Below are positions 1-11,784 of a stretch of DNA of 64,000 bases, one piece after another. Origin of the DNA: Schizosaccharomyces osmophilus (Eukaryota); NCBI RefSeq assembly GCF_027921745.1, contig NC_079239.1, positions 3,348,001-3,412,000 of the forward strand, given 5' to 3'. Under the pieces are notes generated by a model that saw nothing but the letters and a program-made list of their open reading frames with translations, made no database searches and had not been told where the DNA came from. How positions within the stretch are numbered: position 1 is the first letter of the stretch; every line of letters begins with the position of its first letter. The position numbers were made by a program, and so were the translations under genes.

Positions 1-443
1 TTAGAGTTATGTATTTATGCAAGTGTTTTATAAAATCATGCAAATTCGGTTGTATGATACAAAAGTCAGGTATAAGCAAATAAATAAGAATGCAAGTGGT
101 ATAGGTTAAAGATAGGTAGGAGCTCATGGATCATTCAGCAGTCTACCAAAACGATGTAGAGAATCTTTATTCTTTTGTACTTTTCGATATTAATTAATGA
201 GATTTTATATCGTAATATATGTTTCAATTGAGTGAAAAGCTTACTATTCCAGTTTCTCTATTGTAGTATACATGAGGATTCCTAACATTTCCTGATTCAA
301 AATAAAAACAAGAAAAAGAACTTAATTTTGGAGGATTGTAATCTAAGCATTTATTGAATGAGAATAAAGTATATTTGATGAAAAGTTGAATGAAGTTTAG
401 TGCGGACCACCTTTGAAATTCCACACGAATCAACAAGTCAGTC

Positions 444-1348
444 ATGAATCCACAGTTTCCAAAAAAAACAGAAAATGGTAAGAGAGGATGTTTATATTTA
501 TAGTGCTAATTTGAATTAGTTCCTGGGATGCAACAACGATCGTTGAAAGCTAGTAGCAAAACGTTCAAGCAACGCAGAAACTCTCCTGAGAAAGAAGACT
601 CTCATCAAGACATGAAAGAGAACATTATATCTAAGGATCTTACAAGGCGTGATTACGAAAAAGACTTTAATAAGCCAAATGTCGAACCTTTTAGTTTACC
701 ACATATTGATGAAAATAATCTTCCTAAGGAACGGCGGCATGAATATAATGAACTATCAAAAATATTAAGCAAAATAAATACATTACAAGAGCAATCTTTT
801 CGGATGGCTACTGAAGAGATTGTTCAGACTTCAGAAACTCAGTCTAAAGGTATGGTCACCAAGTACTATGAGCATCTTTGTTTACTAACGCTAACAAGAA
901 TTATATGGAACGATAGCTGAATTAAAAAAAGAATTGGAGAATGAAAGAAGAAATAATGAACGTTTACATCAAGAACTTGCCGAAAACAAACATTATTTTC
1001 AACAAGTCGATGAAGAGAAATTGCTAGTTAAAGAACTTTTTGGTCTTGATGTAATTTCTTCCAAAGTCGTCGAAGAAGGAATTCGCTACACATGTAGAAA
1101 CACGGGAAGGCGTGGCCGTATGTAATGTCGACTCTGTTGTATGTCTATGACTAACAGCTTTATATTTAGAATTGGAATATCAGTTACTTCTAGATAACTC
1201 AAATTTCACGTTTACACCCTGTTTGCACCCACAGCGCGATGCTGAATTGATGGATTACTTGCCAGAATACCTTACAGAAGAAATAATATTTACGAAGGAA
1301 CAAGGAAAGTTATTTTCGGCTCGAATCATGAAGGCTCTTCAAGACTAA
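444..1348 (+). CDS. pcs1: Monopolin subunit Pcs1 (Csm1 family), 4 exons: 444-477, 520-849, 899-1117, 1170-1348
   Basis: ATG at 444. Three phase-1 introns with GTAAGA/GTATGG/GTATGT donors and CTAAY branch sites join ORFs 528 and 934 to a final exon. The C-terminus ...CRNTGRRGQLEYQLLLD...LPEYLTEEIIFTKEQGKLFSARIMKALQD* is Csm1-like. Convergent with ubc13, as in S. pombe (recalled). Confidence 0.85.
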
Positions 1349-1565
1349 ATATATATATTTTCGTTAATATCTGTAATTATGATATGTTATGATGAGGACG
1401 AAGTGCGTTATTTGAAAATTCACTGTCGTTGTTGCGTCAAGTATTTACTTCCTCATGTTTAAAAATAATTGGTAGCGCGAAAAATTCAATGATTGTATTT
1501 CAACCGTTCATTCCGAAAAATACTGTGGTGTATGTATATTATAAAGGTTCGTATTCAATCTATAA

Positions 1566-2254
1566 TTACAAAGCATACTTTTGTGTCCATTCACGAGCAT
1601 TCATTATGGCTTGTTGCTCATTGTCCTTCCAGATTTTAGCAACATCATTATCCAGAGGGTCGTCTGGATTTGGTGCTCCCATTAGGGCTTGAATAGACAA
1701 TAAAACTGTACGAATTTGCAGAGCAGGACTCCAATCCTCTGTTTAATGTTAGCAAGTATTTCTTGTATTTCAATTTGTTCTAATATAAAACAAATTGTAT
1801 TTGAATTTCCTTACTTTTCAGCGTGGAAAGGCAGATTCTACCAAGTTTATCAACATTAGGGTGATAAATTTTAGTCAAGAAACGAACGCTAGGGGGCATC
1901 TACAATCATAGTCAGCATTTTTCATTGCTACGTTTCCATTCTGCAACCGTCTGAAGACATGCATAAAACTAAAGTCTGCAGAATGGTGACCATATCCTTT
2001 TGCATAGGTGCAACATACCATGGGGTATTCTTCTGGTAAAAACAACTCCAAATGAAACTTTCCACCCTCATAAGCGGATTGAAAAGGTCCTTCAATTGTA
2101 ATTTGGAAGTAGCGAAGATTATCCTCCATAGGAGATGCCTCTATTCCTGGTGGAGGGTCTCTCGTCAAAGTGTCGATTTCCTACTTTCCATTAGTACAAT
2201 TTCCATTGTAAAGCTTGAATATTTTACCTTGATTATACGTTTAGGAAGAGCCAT
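1566..2254 (-). CDS. ubc13: Ubiquitin-conjugating enzyme E2 Ubc13 (K63 chains), multi-exon
   Basis: Spliced reading [34 protein letters not shown]...[16 protein letters not shown]|...[18 protein letters not shown]...[29 protein letters not shown]...WTQKYAL*. Confidence 0.95.
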
Positions 2255-2556
2255 AATGAATTAATGAAACACGCACTTATTAGTTGCAGTCTCCAAATGC
2301 GAATTCTTGGTGTATCTTCAATAAAATAACGATAGTACGTTGTGTACTTTTATACACGTTAGCGATATCCAACATTGGTTTAAAGGCTTACACCATGTAA
2401 ACAAACTTGGAAGGAACTTCAGGAACTTACTTGATGCCATGATACTACCATTTCGAAATTTTGCACGATTTTGAGCATAAATGAATAAAGAAGGTTTTGG
2501 AAATTTAGATGTGAATAAGGTTTTTGTTTGAGATTTTCTTTTTGGCATAAAGAATA

Positions 2557-5500
2557 ATGGAGTCTTCATCTCCCAGCATGAGTGATGAACACTCTATGTC
2601 TTTAGGTGTATCGCCCAAATTTCATACTGCTGCAACTTCCTCGATTAACGAGCAAAACGAATGGAGCAATGCCGATAACGATCGAAACAGTCCTGGTGGT
2701 AATGAACCAATTTACATGAAGGAACCTGAAAGCCATAATGAGTTTCTAGGAAATGAAAGTATTCCTGCTCATAATTCCGTCGGGAGTAGCAGCGCTGATG
2801 TAAGTAAAATACCCGCTTATGATTTTCAGTCTAGCGTACGTTCCGATGAAAGGAATAGTGAATTTGAAAAGCGGTCGATGAAGTTAAAACAAAATTCATC
2901 AACTTCTTTCGCCAATTTATCTGGCAGCGATCGATCCGAGACGAATCTACCGCCCACTTCTACCCTAACCTCTGTTTACTCTTCCCCAGTTCAACAATAT
3001 AGTTTAAAATCGAGACAGTCGTTTTTTTCTAGGAATCCGTCCAATGACCGCCAAAATGCAAATTCGGATTCTACATTGGTGGTACCTCAAACAGAAGAAA
3101 ACTCGCCCCCCATATTGGGTCAGCCGCAAGAAAACGACTCGAATTTAGGTCTTTATGGAAGCAGTACATTTAATCGACAACTTTCTATTCAGGTGAATCA
3201 GCCTGTTGGTGCAATGTCCTTATCTCCTTGCGGGAGAGATGTTGCATTGGCTTCTCGTAATGGTCTATTAGTAATTGATTTGGATAACCCTTATAATCCA
3301 CCCCGAATGTTGCGACATTCAACTCCTTGGGAGGTTGCTGATGCTCAATGGAACGTTCACGCTGCTAGAGACCAGTGGGTTGTCACGACATTAAATCAAA
3401 AAACAATCGTGTGGAACCTTGCACTTCCTAATGCGAACGCTATAGAATTTATGCTTCATGGACATACCCGTGCTGTTACTGATATGAACTGGCACAGGCA
3501 GTATCCAGATATCCTGGCTACGAGTTCCATTGACTCTTCAGTTCATTGTTGGGATTTACGAACTCCTAGGTTTCCTGTCAATTCTTTCTACGATTGGCAT
3601 AATGGCGCAACACAAGTGAAATGGAACTATCGTAACCCTCATGTATTAGCATCTAGTCATGGTCGTTTTGTGCATATTTGGGATGACCGATATGGCTCTG
3701 GACCCTTACATACTATTCAGACCTCGGGAAGCATTACAAAAATCAATGGTTTAGAGTTCAACAAAGTCAGTGAAACGCGTTTATTAACTTGTGCTATGGA
3801 TCGCACTGTTAAATTTTGGGATTATTCAAAATCTACCATTGAACCCGAACATTTAATTACAACTGATGCTCCGGTTTGGAAAGCTAGATTTACGCCTTTT
3901 GGTGAAGGTGTTATGCTAATGCCACAACGGGGCGATAATTCTGTTCATTTATATGATGTCCGTAACCTCAATGAAGGTGGACCACGACCCGTTCATACCT
4001 TTTCTGGTCATACCGATTTAGTAAAGGAGTTTCTGTGGAGATGTCGTGGTGAAGATGTTTTTGATAAAGATAACCGAGACTTTCAGTTGGTTACTTGGTC
4101 TAAAGATCGATACGTACGGTTATGGCCAATTTCGAAGGATGTATTACAATCAACTGGCCATGATCCTTCCAAACCGGTCCCTTTTCGTCTCCCCAGATAT
4201 GGCGCAAAGTATCGAACGTATGCTCGTGAGCCAATTAAAGAATGCGTAAAACCGAATGAAAAGGAATCCGATAGTTTGGAAGTACTTAACAAGGAAAGGA
4301 TGACAGATTTTAGCACAGAAACTGGTAATAGCCTTCAAGGTGAGTCATCAATAGGTTTTGCCCCAAACGTTAGCCGAAAGCGTCAAAAAAATACGAATGG
4401 TCCATCAAATGCTGGATTCATGACTCGTTCAACGAAGTTGCAGGATAATCTAACGCCCTTAAATTGGCTTCGCGGAATTTCAATGGGGCGTCAAGGAAAT
4501 GCTGATTGGGAAGTTCCTCAAAATCTTGGTGAGGAGCTATCTTGGATTGGTCAAAAATATGGGAATGTAAACTTCGAGGAAATAGATGTAGCTCAAAGAA
4601 AATGCAGGATTTCTTTGAACGCTCCTTTATTACCCGAAGGAGCATTTACTTTTATTCGCTTACGCATACAGCTTCCTTTGGGTTATCCGGTTTCAGCTAG
4701 TCCCATATTCCATTTAGAAAAATCCAGCGCATTTAGTGATGAGCAGTTCAATCACATATTATCAACACTAAACTTAATTTCGAGCCATTGTATCACGTCT
4801 AAAAAGCCATGCATGGATGGCTGCTTATCTTTTCTATCAGGGGAATCGACAACTGAGGATGTTTGGAAACTGAAAGAAATTGATGAAGATTCGGATACTT
4901 CTTCTGAATCTTCTGATGGTTTTGTAGAAAACTTTCCGAGCATTTCGGATTTTCGAGGTGGTGATCGCGGTCTCTCTCACATTAAGCAAAATATACCTTT
5001 ACCTAAAACTTGTGCTGCGATTTTCTGTAACGATACTCTGGTATGTTTTTTTACTACACAACGTGAGAATACTTCTGGCCATACTTCAATAAATCGTGAA
5101 AACCACGGTCGGCAAAAGTTGTTTGAATCATTTGGTGTTTTAAATGCGAATAGTATTACAGAATCAGACTCCGCCAATTTCGACGAAGATCCGTCATTTG
5201 CTCAAGTCGGTTCTACTGATTCAGATGAGGATTTTATTTGGAACGTAGATGAAGCTAATACTGGCAATCTTGTTTTTCCAAAGTATCGAAACAGCTTAGG
5301 AATAAACAACATTAATTCGAATAATTCATTTTTTGGCTCTCAGCTTGCTCCCCGAGACATGTTTACGACAAATCGTTTATCGTCCAAAGGATCCACGAAA
5401 CGTTCTATAGGTACAAACAAGACGACTGTTGAAACGAGACATCTCGTGAAATTTTTTGACATGAGTGCGACACTTCCTACAAAGAAACATTTGGCTGCGG

Positions 5501-6489
5501 AGTATGTTATATTTGGAAAAAAGGTCGAGATTTGTAAAAGAAATGCCCAGGTTGCAAAAGCTTTTGGGCATCTTCATCTAATGAATTCATGGCTCTTTGT
5601 TGGAAGGATGCTGAAGTTGTTGGATCTAAAAAACAAGTCAAAGGATATAGGAGCAAGAACATATTGGTTTGAGAATGGGCTTTTCCTAAAAACAGTTCAA
5701 TCATTTTTAAATTACTATATCACTCAGGAAAACTTACAGATGTTAGCGATGCTTTCATGTGTATTGGATGAGCCAGAGCTTTACTCGGAGAATAAGCGGT
5801 TGATAAAGAGGAGTAAAAAGCCTGTTTCAGCAAAGTCAGATACAACAATTATGAACAAAAGTTCGGGGAAACTTGCTTCCAAATCGGAAAAAGTTGAAAA
5901 AATGTCAAGTCAGTCGTTGGCACGCATCCTTGCTAAACCCGAGAAAAAGTTTAGTGATGGTAATTCTGTGTATTCTTTAGGAAAGGAAGGTAGTGTACCA
6001 ATGAAGAAGACATGGGTGGTACAAGTTCGGCCTGAGGCAGATGGAAGGAATGAAAAAGTAAATACTAAAGAAGAAGAAGTGTTTTGGCGTTTGCATGTTT
6101 GTTTTTCCTTTTGGCGATCATCTTACGCAGGACTTTTAGACCAATGGGGTTTTAACATACCAAAACTAGAATTATTGAAACTGAATGCTGTTTGTGAGAA
6201 GGATGGAGGGGATCATAGTGATCATGGAGCGCCAGATATGTTAACTACTAGTCAACTCCAGGCATCGGTTGCTTCAACAAAAATGAAAAAAAAGGAAAGA
6301 AAAGCTAAAGTTGATGAACGATGTTCATTCTGTAATCTTTCAATTCGAGGATTATCAAATGTTTGCAATTCGTGTTTACATGCGATTCACGAAGAATGTT
6401 TTTATGAATGGTATTCTGCAGAAGATACGATGACTCAATATTGCCCATCAAGTTGTGGATGTCATTGTCAATACTTAAAACCGGAATGA
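2557..6489 (+). CDS. sea3: SEA/GATOR2 subunit Sea3 (Mtc5/WDR59): WD40 repeats, RWD-like middle region, C-terminal RING-type zinc finger
   Basis: 1310-aa ORF. WD repeats (HGHTRAVTDMNWH, WDLR, GHTDLVKEFLWR) and C-terminal CSFC...C..C.H..H..C...W...C.SSCGC.C. Lies between ubc13 and map1. Confidence 0.9.
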   Translation: MESSSPSMSDEHSMSLGVSPKFHTAATSSINEQNEWSNADNDRNSPGGNEPIYMKEPESHNEFLGNESIPAHNSVGSSSADVSKIPAYDFQSSVRSDERNSEFEKRSMKLKQNSSTSFANLSGSDRSETNLPPTSTLTSVYSSPVQQYSLKSRQSFFSRNPSNDRQNANSDSTLVVPQTEENSPPILGQPQENDSNLGLYGSSTFNRQLSIQVNQPVGAMSLSPCGRDVALASRNGLLVIDLDNPYNPPRMLRHSTPWEVADAQWNVHAARDQWVVTTLNQKTIVWNLALPNANAIEFMLHGHTRAVTDMNWHRQYPDILATSSIDSSVHCWDLRTPRFPVNSFYDWHNGATQVKWNYRNPHVLASSHGRFVHIWDDRYGSGPLHTIQTSGSITKINGLEFNKVSETRLLTCAMDRTVKFWDYSKSTIEPEHLITTDAPVWKARFTPFGEGVMLMPQRGDNSVHLYDVRNLNEGGPRPVHTFSGHTDLVKEFLWRCRGEDVFDKDNRDFQLVTWSKDRYVRLWPISKDVLQSTGHDPSKPVPFRLPRYGAKYRTYAREPIKECVKPNEKESDSLEVLNKERMTDFSTETGNSLQGESSIGFAPNVSRKRQKNTNGPSNAGFMTRSTKLQDNLTPLNWLRGISMGRQGNADWEVPQNLGEELSWIGQKYGNVNFEEIDVAQRKCRISLNAPLLPEGAFTFIRLRIQLPLGYPVSASPIFHLEKSSAFSDEQFNHILSTLNLISSHCITSKKPCMDGCLSFLSGESTTEDVWKLKEIDEDSDTSSESSDGFVENFPSISDFRGGDRGLSHIKQNIPLPKTCAAIFCNDTLVCFFTTQRENTSGHTSINRENHGRQKLFESFGVLNANSITESDSANFDEDPSFAQVGSTDSDEDFIWNVDEANTGNLVFPKYRNSLGINNINSNNSFFGSQLAPRDMFTTNRLSSKGSTKRSIGTNKTTVETRHLVKFFDMSATLPTKKHLAAEYVIFGKKVEICKRNAQVAKAFGHLHLMNSWLFVGRMLKLLDLKNKSKDIGARTYWFENGLFLKTVQSFLNYYITQENLQMLAMLSCVLDEPELYSENKRLIKRSKKPVSAKSDTTIMNKSSGKLASKSEKVEKMSSQSLARILAKPEKKFSDGNSVYSLGKEGSVPMKKTWVVQVRPEADGRNEKVNTKEEEVFWRLHVCFSFWRSSYAGLLDQWGFNIPKLELLKLNAVCEKDGGDHSDHGAPDMLTTSQLQASVASTKMKKKERKAKVDERCSFCNLSIRGLSNVCNSCLHAIHEECFYEWYSAEDTMTQYCPSSCGCHCQYLKPE

Positions 6490-6913
6490 TGTGGTGATAA
6501 TGATGGAGTGTTTTTTTTTTGCTTAATTTATTTTGGTTAATGCTCATATAATTTGCTGTATTTGCAAGAATATAATGAGAAGAACTAACTTTCTTGTATT
6601 CGCAGATGACAATTGGATATTACATTTTTGTATTCTTGGAATTTCAATAGATGTTTGTTAGAAATGTTTACTTATTTTGATTGTTGATTGGGATTGGTAT
6701 TGATATGAATAGTATTTTACGGCAGAAGACAGTACTTTTGAATTTTATACAGTTGCTTAGTAGTTTTTTTAACCGTTCCGAAAAAAATCAGAAAATAATA
6801 ATTAAAAGAAAACTGAGCAGCTAATAAAAGCAATCAAACATTGGTTCTATAAAGTCCATCAACTTTACAATTCGATGTGCATGACCTAGGTAACATTGTT
6901 GGTCGTAGTCACA

Positions 6914-6923
6914 TTTCTTTGTT
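6914..6923 (+). promoter_or_regulatory. TR-box (Ste11 binding site) upstream of map1
   Basis: Exact TTTCTTTGTT about 75 bp upstream of the map1 ATG (6998). map1 is a known Ste11-dependent gene in S. pombe. Confidence 0.7.
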
Positions 6924-6997
6924 TTTTAAAAGTAGAGAAGGAGATAAAGCCACCAGCATAAAGTGCCTTTTCGAATTAACAAAATTGTGTTTGGAAC

Positions 6998-8507
6998 ATG
7001 GACCAAAGTAGGTCACTGCAAGAAGACGCTGAAGGCGAAGAAAGCAGCAAATATGAACCTGGAGTGCAATACATTCAGGACCCTTTCAAGCGACAGACAA
7101 GTTTCAAAAAGAGAAAAGCAGGTATATTTAAGAAGGTAAAGTGAATGAATGGATGGTAGATACTTCTGAGTCTTCTACTGGTACGCTGGCTTGAAGAATC
7201 ATGCTAACAAGACTTCCGTGTAAATAGGCGAATGAACTTTTTATGCTTACTGGGTCAGAGGTTATGGTCATTGTCGTCTCTGAGACTGGATTAGTGCATA
7301 CATATTCCTCGCCGAAGCTAGAAGACGTAGTGAAGTCACCGGAAGGGCAGAAAGTGATATCTCAAAGTCTGAAGGGGATGAATGAAGATGCTCATGGTAA
7401 GAATTTTTTAAAAAAACAAATCAAATTAGTTTGATGTCAAAGTTCTTTCGGAACATCGCTGTTTTCTAAAGGTTGATGTTTGAACGCGCCTGTCTTTAGA
7501 AGTACAAATTAAGCTCATGATAAACGATATTCCTTACGTCATGAATTATCACAAGCGATCAGAAAATTCGCAAAGATAAAAAAGACAAAAACTCGATTTC
7601 ATTTGTATTATGACGGATCTTTCATACTGACTTTTAAGTAGAAGAAAGTAAATTTGATTCTGAAAATGACCAAGAGTCCACCCCGGTCATTCGTTCAGAC
7701 CCAGACTTGCCAAAGGAGAAACCCTCCAACTTGAACTTTGGTTTGGATGGAAATGGCGAAGATTCATCTGGATATCCCATTGAAAATACTGATCAGTTTT
7801 TCATGTCTTTTTCCCCTCATCATGAACAAGAAGATAAAGAGCCCACCGTGAATCCTTCAAAGCCGCTGCCGTATAATCACAATACGTATGGCTTCCCTCT
7901 GGAAAAGAAAACTCCATCGAAAGGTCAAGAAGGATACTCGATTCCAGGTGAAGAAACGGATGATTCAATGGGATTCTCTCCTGGCGATTTACAAGAATTT
8001 TCAAATCAATTATCCGGTTTGTTTCATGAAGACGAACAACATGGAAATAATCATTATTCAATGCAGCGAGCAGATTCGTTTTCACTTCCAGTTGCTTCGG
8101 GCTCTTCATCCGCCCAAAAGAAGCGTCGCCGAAAATCGGAAACGAAACCGAGAACGAACTCTAAAAGCATGCCCATGCATATTACGCCAGAGAAGACTGA
8201 TTCAGATCCAATTTCACATAAACAAAATGAACAACTGCAGCGTCAAAGACCACCTCTCATTCCTCTTAGTCGATTGCCTAGCCTTGCTCCTCTTTTCACG
8301 GAAGCTCCTCGTACAGATGATATGAGGTTTATGAACCAGAATTATCCGATACCTCCAACGATGTCTTATCCAAGACCTAATTATGCTCAAGAAACTCCTG
8401 CACCATCCTACTATCAAGCGCCGTATGATTACTCTTTCCCAATAGAGCCTTACGACGAAGGGTATCAACGGTCAGAACCCACCGACTTTAATTATATGCC
8501 TATCTAG
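6998..8507 (+). CDS. map1: MADS-box transcription factor Map1, 3 exons (introns ~7136-7227 and 7397-7641)
   Basis: Spliced MADS box: YIQDPFKRQTSFKKRKAGIFKK|ANELFMLTGSEVMVIVVSETGLVHTYSSPKLE. A phase-1 intron joins in frame to ORF 7707-8507. Confidence 0.9.
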
Positions 8508-9144
8508 TAAAGGCGAAAAATTGGAGACGATGCTAGTATATGATTAGTTTTTTTTTTGGTTATATGTATGAATCTTTTATGTTAATAATTTTAGGCAGTT
8601 TTTTAATCTATCCTTAATAAATCTTTTGGTGTAAACCCATTTTTAAAGCCTATTTGAGAAGTCTATAAAAAGTAATTGTTCATTAATTCTTAATTTATTT
8701 TTAATTATAGCAGACCGTGTTATAAAAGGATTTGTGCTTATTTTGGGACAAATTAGCCGCTAACTACAAAGGAAACATGGAAAGGACTTGTAACCTCAAC
8801 AACTTTCTTCCATCAATTTTTAAAATAAAAAAATTAATAAAATACTTTACAAAAAGAGTATTCATACTTGGCATTCAACCCATTTTTATCCAGACAAAAA
8901 AAAAGTAAACAAACCTTACAAGTGACAGTAAACAAATAAATGCCAATAAAGTAACAATCCCAAATGAATTCAGAGATATCGTATTATAATACTTTAAGAT
9001 ACTACTTCATGTCACGGAATTTCAAATAACATAGCTCAAATCTCCTCGGTAAACCCGATTTCTCGAGATATTGGCATAAGAACGGACGAACGTTCCTTTA
9101 ACCAGCATCAAGAAGGAGCTTGCTTTCATTAACGAATTCACAAA

Positions 9145-9828
9145 ATGTCATTGTCAGATGAGCAGGTACAAGCGGAAATGCGCAAGATGATTAGCTTCAT
9201 CAAGCAAGAAGCGCTTGAAAAAGCCAAGGAAATCCACACGCTTAGTGAAGAAGATTTCCAGGTTGAAAAGGCTAAGATTGTTCGTGAAGAATGCGAAACA
9301 ATAGACAGGAATTATGAAGGAAAGTTAAAGCGAGTTTCGATGGCCCAAAAGATCGCCAAGTCGAACGTGATGAACAAAAGCCGTTTAGATCTGCTAAACA
9401 GTAGACAAGAAGTGATTGACGGAATTTTTTCAAAGGTGGAAAAGAAACTAGAAGGAATTGAGCAAAAGAAAGATGCTTATGTCAAGTTTTTGAGTGATTT
9501 AATCGTTCAGTCAATGGAACTCTTGAGTGAGCAAGTCGGCATTATCTATGCTCGTCAGCGTGATATTAATTTGGTATCCCTAGCCATGACTAAGGCTGTG
9601 GAAATTTTGAAAGAACAAGAAAAATTCAAAAATATTGAAATTGACATTGATCATGATGAGTACTTGGATGACTCCTGTCTCGGCGGTGTGATTGTGGTCG
9701 GTTTAGAAGGAAAGATCAAAATCGACAACACGATGAAGGCCCGTCTCGAATTAATCAAGAAAGAAGCACTCCCTCAAATTCGCCATTTATTGTTTGGTGA
9801 CAATCCTAACCGTAAGTTTCTCAATTAG
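9145..9828 (+). CDS. vma4: V-ATPase V1 subunit E
   Basis: [30 protein letters not shown]...GGVIV...KIKIDNT...[18 protein letters not shown] is the typical subunit E sequence. Confidence 0.97.
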   Translation: MSLSDEQVQAEMRKMISFIKQEALEKAKEIHTLSEEDFQVEKAKIVREECETIDRNYEGKLKRVSMAQKIAKSNVMNKSRLDLLNSRQEVIDGIFSKVEKKLEGIEQKKDAYVKFLSDLIVQSMELLSEQVGIIYARQRDINLVSLAMTKAVEILKEQEKFKNIEIDIDHDEYLDDSCLGGVIVVGLEGKIKIDNTMKARLELIKKEALPQIRHLLFGDNPNRKFLN

Positions 9829-10215
9829 CTTAATTTTTGTCAATTGCCTTCCTTCTTTACGGTTATTTAATTTATTTTTTTTCGCAATCTTGAAACATTT
9901 ACTTTCTGCGATATTGGCTTTCGTAATCATATTGGAAGTTTTTGCTCTTTTTCCTAGTCATCACCTTTATCATTAATATCAACCCGACAAGATTGCTTTC
10001 ATCACTAATAAAAGAGTTTCCTTTTATGCATGATCGTTTACGGTTCGACATTTTTGTTTTCGGTATTTTAAATCGAAACCCTAATATGAAATCTTTTTAT
10101 GATAGGAAACGTCCGCAAAATGAATTTAAATATCTTTTTAGAAGTATGTTGTTTAATACGACTGCCTTCATGAATACGTATACTACGTGATACTAATAAA
10201 ATCGATTTGGAAACA

Positions 10216-11784
10216 TTAATCCTGATTTTTATTCCTTCTCCGTTTCTTTCTACCTCCCTTTCTACTTGCTGAAGAAGTTTTGGGTTTATTCCTTGCAGAA
10301 TTTCTTTTGGGTTGTTCGTTTTGTTTTCCCATTGAACCCTGGTCTTTTTCAATCGTCCGTTCTAGTTCCGAATAAACATCCGAATTTTCATAATAAATCA
10401 CCATATATAGACGATGAATGTAATCTTTAACCTCACACCTCGATAACAATAAATGCTCAGTTGTACCGGGGATCGCTAGGTTCAGTTTCCGCAATTTCTC
10501 CAATATTAAATCCAAATTTTCACTCTTTTCTAAATGGAGTCCAGTCACTGTATAGCTAAAAGTTGTAGTTAAGAATAATAAATCAGTGTAATTTTCATCC
10601 CTGCATCGATCCAGTAATCTATCAAGTTGTGCACAGATAGAAGAAAGTATGCATGAGGGTTCAGGAAGTTTTCCTAAAAACCAGTGTGTAGCTAAATTTG
10701 CCCGGAACCGGACACTTGTGGAGGAATTGGAAGACAATGATGATAAAAGACTTACCCACACAGAGGGTTGATCAGAAAGTTGAACCAAATCATAGAAAAA
10801 ATGCGGCTTTTCCGATGTCACAATCGATTCCATGAATTTTGTGAAAGAAGTCCGACAGCTATGCCCGACTTTAACATCTAGCAAACAGCGACAGACATCT
10901 TGAGTCATTATAGATTGAAGTTTTTGTGGACAAATGGGATACAAGGTTTGGCAAAGTTCCACGAAAAAGTCAACATCAGAGGATTCATTGAGAACTATAG
11001 AACAGACCTCTTCTGGATTTGTAGGTTCTGAACGAACGGGTTGATTACGCTTTTGAATATTGAACCCCATACTTTGGCAGACTTGCCTATAGAAGGAATT
11101 TGCATTCAAACCAAATTCACCCTTGCATTGAGGGCTTGAATTTATATATGTCTTCAAACATTGCAACCATGCAGACCTTGAAGGGGAATAAAACGAATTA
11201 AAGAAGCGATAAACTAAAACACATGATACGGTCGAAGGAGGTATTAAATTGGAACATGCGACAACCTCAAAAATATAGGCGGGGCAATTAAATAGATGTT
11301 GTCTTAATTCCTCTTGTATGGAAAGTTTTGATAAAATTGAGTCAACTTTCGGTTCAGCTAATGATGGATTATAGAAATGGTAATCGAGAGTGTCTGATTT
11401 GGCAGAATTCGTTCGTAATAGATTCAACACATCTGATCCAAGATTCTCATCAACCAAGGAATTTATGCCGCCGTCTTCCTCATTTTCCAGCTGTCCTTTG
11501 TCATAGTAAAGAAGTTTTTCGACCGCGAACTTTCGTCGCTTTCGGTTCGTGTCATCTAGAGTAGCAGTACTAGAAAGGCGATCAATGCTCCATTTGTAAG
11601 AAGAAAAATCTGAAGTATCGTTTTTTAAGTACAGATGCCTAGGGCGATTTTCTGTCTCTCCCTTTGGCAATGTAATTTCTGGTAATGCGTCAAATTCGTC
11701 TGAATCGCTGTCGAGAATACTAGTATCTACGTTTTCCAAACTATGGTTTTTTCTCAAATAGTCTTTCTCATCGGTATTTTCCAT
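10216..11784 (-). CDS. nse6: Smc5/6 complex non-SMC subunit Nse6
   Basis: 522-aa helical ORF ending in ...LRKLNLAIPG...LSRCEVKDYIHRL and a basic tail. Lies between vma4 and pyp3, as in S. pombe (recalled). Confidence 0.75.
   Translation of the reverse strand: MENTDEKDYLRKNHSLENVDTSILDSDSDEFDALPEITLPKGETENRPRHLYLKNDTSDFSSYKWSIDRLSSTATLDDTNRKRRKFAVEKLLYYDKGQLENEEDGGINSLVDENLGSDVLNLLRTNSAKSDTLDYHFYNPSLAEPKVDSILSKLSIQEELRQHLFNCPAYIFEVVACSNLIPPSTVSCVLVYRFFNSFYSPSRSAWLQCLKTYINSSPQCKGEFGLNANSFYRQVCQSMGFNIQKRNQPVRSEPTNPEEVCSIVLNESSDVDFFVELCQTLYPICPQKLQSIMTQDVCRCLLDVKVGHSCRTSFTKFMESIVTSEKPHFFYDLVQLSDQPSVWVSLLSSLSSNSSTSVRFRANLATHWFLGKLPEPSCILSSICAQLDRLLDRCRDENYTDLLFLTTTFSYTVTGLHLEKSENLDLILEKLRKLNLAIPGTTEHLLLSRCEVKDYIHRLYMVIYYENSDVYSELERTIEKDQGSMGKQNEQPKRNSARNKPKTSSASRKGGRKKRRRNKNQD

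Noticed and set aside
7397..7641. ncRNA in the 245-nt map1 intron 2
   Set aside because: No box motifs or convincing stems.
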